Assembly: GCA_963804765.1 (NCBI GenBank)
Contig: CAWDRQ010000030.1
Coordinates: forward strand, 155,705-219,704
Source of the DNA: an uncultured Acidimicrobiaceae bacterium
Lineage (GTDB): Bacteria; Actinomycetota; Acidimicrobiia; Acidimicrobiales; Bog-793
Length of the DNA: 64,000 bases
Direction: 5' to 3'
The notes beneath the pieces were generated by a model, which worked only from the letters and a program-made list of their open reading frames with translations, did not search any database and was not told the origin of the DNA. Every line of letters starts with the position of its first letter. Position 1 is the stretch's first letter. This document shows, one piece after another, positions 61,005-64,000 of this stretch. Made by a program: the position numbers and the translations under genes.

Positions 61005-62396
61005 GGGTGGTCGCTCTTGCCGGTACCGGCGGCGAACTCGGCGGCGAGGTTCGTCAGGTCGCCCGCCGCGAGCGTGAGGCACAAGTCGCCCGGGCGAAGG
61101 TTCGTGCGGAGGTAGGCGACGACGTCTTCGCGCTTGGGCACGTACACCGCCGCAGCGTCAGGGTGAGCTCCGAGGATCGCGTCGAGGACCAGCCTGCCAG
61201 ACACGCCCGGGCGCGGCATCTCTCCCGCGGAGTAGACATCGGTCACGACGACCAGGTCCGCTCCTTCGAAGGAGTCCGCGAAACCTGGCGCGAGCGTCGC
61301 TACGCGCGAGTAACGATGAGGCTGGAAGACGCAGACGACTCGCCCGAAGCTGCCGCCCAGGGCAGCGTCCAGCGCGACGCGCACCTCGCCTGGCAGATGG
61401 GCGTAGTCGTCGACGAAGGTGACACCGCCGAATTCCCCGCGGAACTCAAAGCGCCTTGCGACCCCGGCAAATCGGGCGAGCGCCCGGCGGGCGTGGTCCG
61501 GGTCGACCCCGAGCGCGAGGGCTGCCGAGACCGCTGCAGCAGCGTTGCGGGCGTTGTGGAGACCGGGCACCGGCAGCTCGAACCAGCCGAGGCTCTCACC
61601 GGATGTCACGAGCTCGAAACGGAGATGGTTGCGCCCGGACTCGACCCCCACGATCCGCACCTTCGCACCCTCGCAACAGCCGTAGGTCGTCGCCGTCGCC
61701 GGTGCCAGGGATGCCGCGACCGGGTCGTCGGCACAGACGATCGCCGAGCCAGCTTGCCCGAGGAAGACCTCGAATGCCACCTTCAGCTCCTCGAACGACC
61801 CGTAGTACTCGATGTGGTCGGGCTCCACGCTGGTCACGATTCCGAGCTCCGGCTCGATGTGCAGGAATGTCCCGTCGCTCTCGTCGGCCTCGACGACGAG
61901 CAGCTCACCGGAGTCCCAGGCCGCGTTCGTCCCGATCTCGTTCACCTCGCCGCCGATGATGAAGCTCGGGCGCAAGCCGGCCTCGACGAGCACGAGCGCG
62001 AGCATCGACGACGTCGTGGTCTTGCCGTGGGTACCCGCGGATCGCGATCGTCCTGCGCAGCGCGACGATCGCCTCCAACATCGCGGCACGTGACAGCACC
62101 GGGATCTCGAGACGGCGGGCTTGTCTGATCTCGACGTTGCTCTCGGACACCGCCGTCGAGTAGGTCAGCACGTCGGCCCCGACGACATTCTCCGGCCGGT
62201 GGCCGATCTCGACCGCGATGCCGCGAGCGCCCAGTCGCTCCAGCGACCGCGAGGACTTGATGTCGCTTCCGGTGGTGTGATGGCCCATGCCCGCGAGCAC
62301 GGCCGCGATCGCGCTCATGCCGGCTCCGCCCACCCCGACCACATGAACGCGAAGGGGCCCACTCAAGTCGATCTGCGGTGTGGTCGAACCGCTCAC
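61001..62396 (-). pseudogene. murC: UDP-N-acetylmuramate--L-alanine ligase, apparent +1 frameshift at about 62048
   Basis: The N-terminal frame is [29 protein letters not shown]...LEAIVALRRTIAI. It continues in the next frame with AGTHGKTTTSSMLALVL...VVEADESDGTF.... An extra C lies in gcgatcCgcgggtacc. The span is 1396 nt (3n+1). The GTG start overlaps the murG stop. Confidence 0.9.
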
Positions 62397-63553
62397 GCCC
62401 GCACCTTCGACACCGACTCGACAAGCGCGGCCACCCGTTCGGCGGCGTCCCGATGACCGGCCGCTGCGGCGGCCGAGCTCATGGACTCGAGACGCTCCGG
62501 GTCGTCGAGCAAGGGTGCGACGATCTCCTCCAGCCGCTCGGCCGAGCAGTCCTCGTCGGGGATCAACCTGGCCGCCCCGGCCCAGGCCAAGGCCTCGGCG
62601 TTGCGTGTCTGGTGGTCGTTCGGCGCACCTGGCAGCGGGACGAGAGCGCTCGGCGTCCCGATCGCCGCCAGCTCGGCGACTGTCGAGGCCCCTGCCCTGC
62701 AGACAGCGAAGTCGCAGGCGGCGAGAAGGGCCGGCATCTGGCGCTCGTAGCCGACGAGGCGGTAGTCGAGACCGGTCTCCGGCAGGGCCTGAGGGCCGAG
62801 GCCGAGGCCGCCGGCCTCGCGTGTCACCTCTGCGAGGTTCCGCTCGCCGGCCACGTGGTAGATCGTGACATCGTTCCGCGACGCCCAGGACTTGGCGAGC
62901 CCGAGCGCCGCATCGTTGAGGCGGCGAGCACCCAGGGAACCGCCCTCGACCGCGAGGAGGAAACGTCCCGCAGGTACCCCTAGAGCGGCACGGGCCGCGT
63001 TGCGCCCGTGCGGGGAGCGGTCCGTGCCGAGGACAGCCTTGCGCAGGGGTGCCCCGGTCACGACCTGGTTGTGCAGGGAGGTCCCCTCGAAGGCCACTGC
63101 GCACTTGCGGGCGAAGCGCGCCACCAGCCGGTTCGAGGCGCCCGCAACCGCGTCGCAGCTCACTACGACAAGCGGCACCCGCAACACGATCGCCGCCAGC
63201 GAACAGGCAAGTCCGGCGTAGCCGCCGACGGTGACCACGACGCGCGGCCGCCGTCGCAACACGATCGCAAAGGCGAGCGCGCACGCAACGAGCAGCCCGC
63301 CGGCAGCCTCGAGGTTTTCGCGCGTGAGCCGGCGCTGGACCCCCCTGCCGGGCAAGAGGATCACCTCGAAGCCCGCCTCGGGCACGAGCCGGCCCTCCAT
63401 GCCGCGGCGCGAACCGACGTAGAGGATCGTCGAGGGTTCGTGGCCCAGGTCCACCAGCGCCTCACCGACCGCCAGAGCGGGCTGCACGTGCCCGGCGGTC
63501 CCGCCTCCGGTGACGAGCGCGAAGGCGCCCGGCGATCCGCGCCGGGGCCGCAT
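62393..63553 (-). CDS. murG: Undecaprenyldiphospho-muramoylpentapeptide beta-N-acetylglucosaminyltransferase
   Basis: 386 aa from ATG 63553. It contains FALVTGGGTAGHVQPALAVGEAL, the MurG G-loop, with a later GGSLGARRLN and RAGASTVAEL. Confidence 0.9.
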   Translation of the reverse strand: MRPRRGSPGAFALVTGGGTAGHVQPALAVGEALVDLGHEPSTILYVGSRRGMEGRLVPEAGFEVILLPGRGVQRRLTRENLEAAGGLLVACALAFAIVLRRRPRVVVTVGGYAGLACSLAAIVLRVPLVVVSCDAVAGASNRLVARFARKCAVAFEGTSLHNQVVTGAPLRKAVLGTDRSPHGRNAARAALGVPAGRFLLAVEGGSLGARRLNDAALGLAKSWASRNDVTIYHVAGERNLAEVTREAGGLGLGPQALPETGLDYRLVGYERQMPALLAACDFAVCRAGASTVAELAAIGTPSALVPLPGAPNDHQTRNAEALAWAGAARLIPDEDCSAERLEEIVAPLLDDPERLESMSSAAAAAGHRDAAERVAALVESVSKVRA

Positions 63554-63555
63554 CG

Positions 63556-64000
63556 TCACCGCGGCCCCGCTGCCGGTTGGCGCCGCGCGATCCCGAACAG
63601 CAGTCCGACCCCGATCAGGGCGACGACCAGAGAGGAACCACCATAGGAGATGAACGGGAGGGGGATGCCAGTCACCGGGAGCGCGTCGACGACGCCGCCG
63701 ATGTTGATCACGGCCTGCGCCAGCACCCAGCCGGTGACCCCGATCGCGACGAAGCGTGCGAACGGGTCCCTCTCGCGGGCGGCGATCCTGAAGCCGGCCC
63801 AGCCGAAGGCGCCGAAGCCCGCGAGGACGATCAGGGCTCCCACGAGGCCGAGGTTGCCGGCGATGACGGCGAAGACGAAGTCGGTGTGCGCATTGGGGAG
63901 GAACCCCCATGGCGTGATCGATGCCCCGACGCCGCTTCCGGTGACGCCACCGAGCCCCAGGGTGGCAAGCGACTGCACGACCTGGTAGCCGCTGGTCGAA
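63556..64000 (-). CDS. ftsW: FtsW/RodA (SEDS) family protein, C-terminal part; gene continues past the window end
   Basis: ...LPNAHTDFVFAVIAGNLGLVGALIVL...GVVDALPVTGIPLPFISYGGSSLV.... These are the hallmark SEDS C-terminal motifs. It sits immediately upstream of murG. Confidence 0.85.
   Translation of the reverse strand, partial: STSGYQVVQSLATLGLGGVTGSGVGASITPWGFLPNAHTDFVFAVIAGNLGLVGALIVLAGFGAFGWAGFRIAARERDPFARFVAIGVTGWVLAQAVINIGGVVDALPVTGIPLPFISYGGSSLVVALIGVGLLFGIARRQPAAGPR

Overview
High-GC (roughly two-thirds G+C by eye) actinobacterial-type chromosomal segment with two distinct halves.

**Core half (34.3-64 kb).** Conserved and syntenic. In window order: hsp20, histidine phosphatase, COG1579 zinc-ribbon protein, inositol monophosphatase, ROK/polyphosphate glucokinase, pepA, PduO-type adenosyltransferase, a Liv-type ABC importer, an Rrf2 regulator and a sigma-70 factor. 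Then rluD-lspA-dksA-like, DUF167, ileS, and the cell-division/wall block divIVA-yggT-sepF-yggS-pgeF-ftsZ-ftsQ-murB-murC-murG-ftsW. The ftsW gene runs off the window end.

**Accessory half (0-34 kb).** A mosaic of mobile DNA and small modules:
- three toxin-antitoxin-type pairs
- a full-length group II intron
- three different degraded tyrosine-recombinase loci
- a three-gene Mu-like transposon (DUF6431 / DDE transposase / ExeA-like ATPase)
- secreted proteins: an RCC1 propeller, an S53 peptidase, an OmpA-like/InlB-B-repeat protein and an SGNH hydrolase
- the RNase P RNA gene (rnpB)

**Most notable observation.** The last 42 nt of rnpB are repeated perfectly 12.6 kb away. An integrase remnant and phased GGGCCGCR repeat pairs lie on the inner flanks. 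This is the signature of an integrative island that used the 3' end of rnpB as its attachment site.

**Data-quality caveat.** At least eight genes are broken by apparent single-nucleotide frameshifts. They include murC, ftsZ and divIVA, which are normally indispensable. Indel errors in the assembly are therefore as likely as real pseudogenisation, and every 'pseudogene' call that rests on one frameshift is provisional.

**Limits.** I found no CRISPR array, no tRNA gene, and no multi-gene cassette I could defend as a novel defence or other system. The rnpB island and its internal integrase-leader modules are the best candidates for something undescribed. All family assignments come from reading motifs in the translations, not from database searches.
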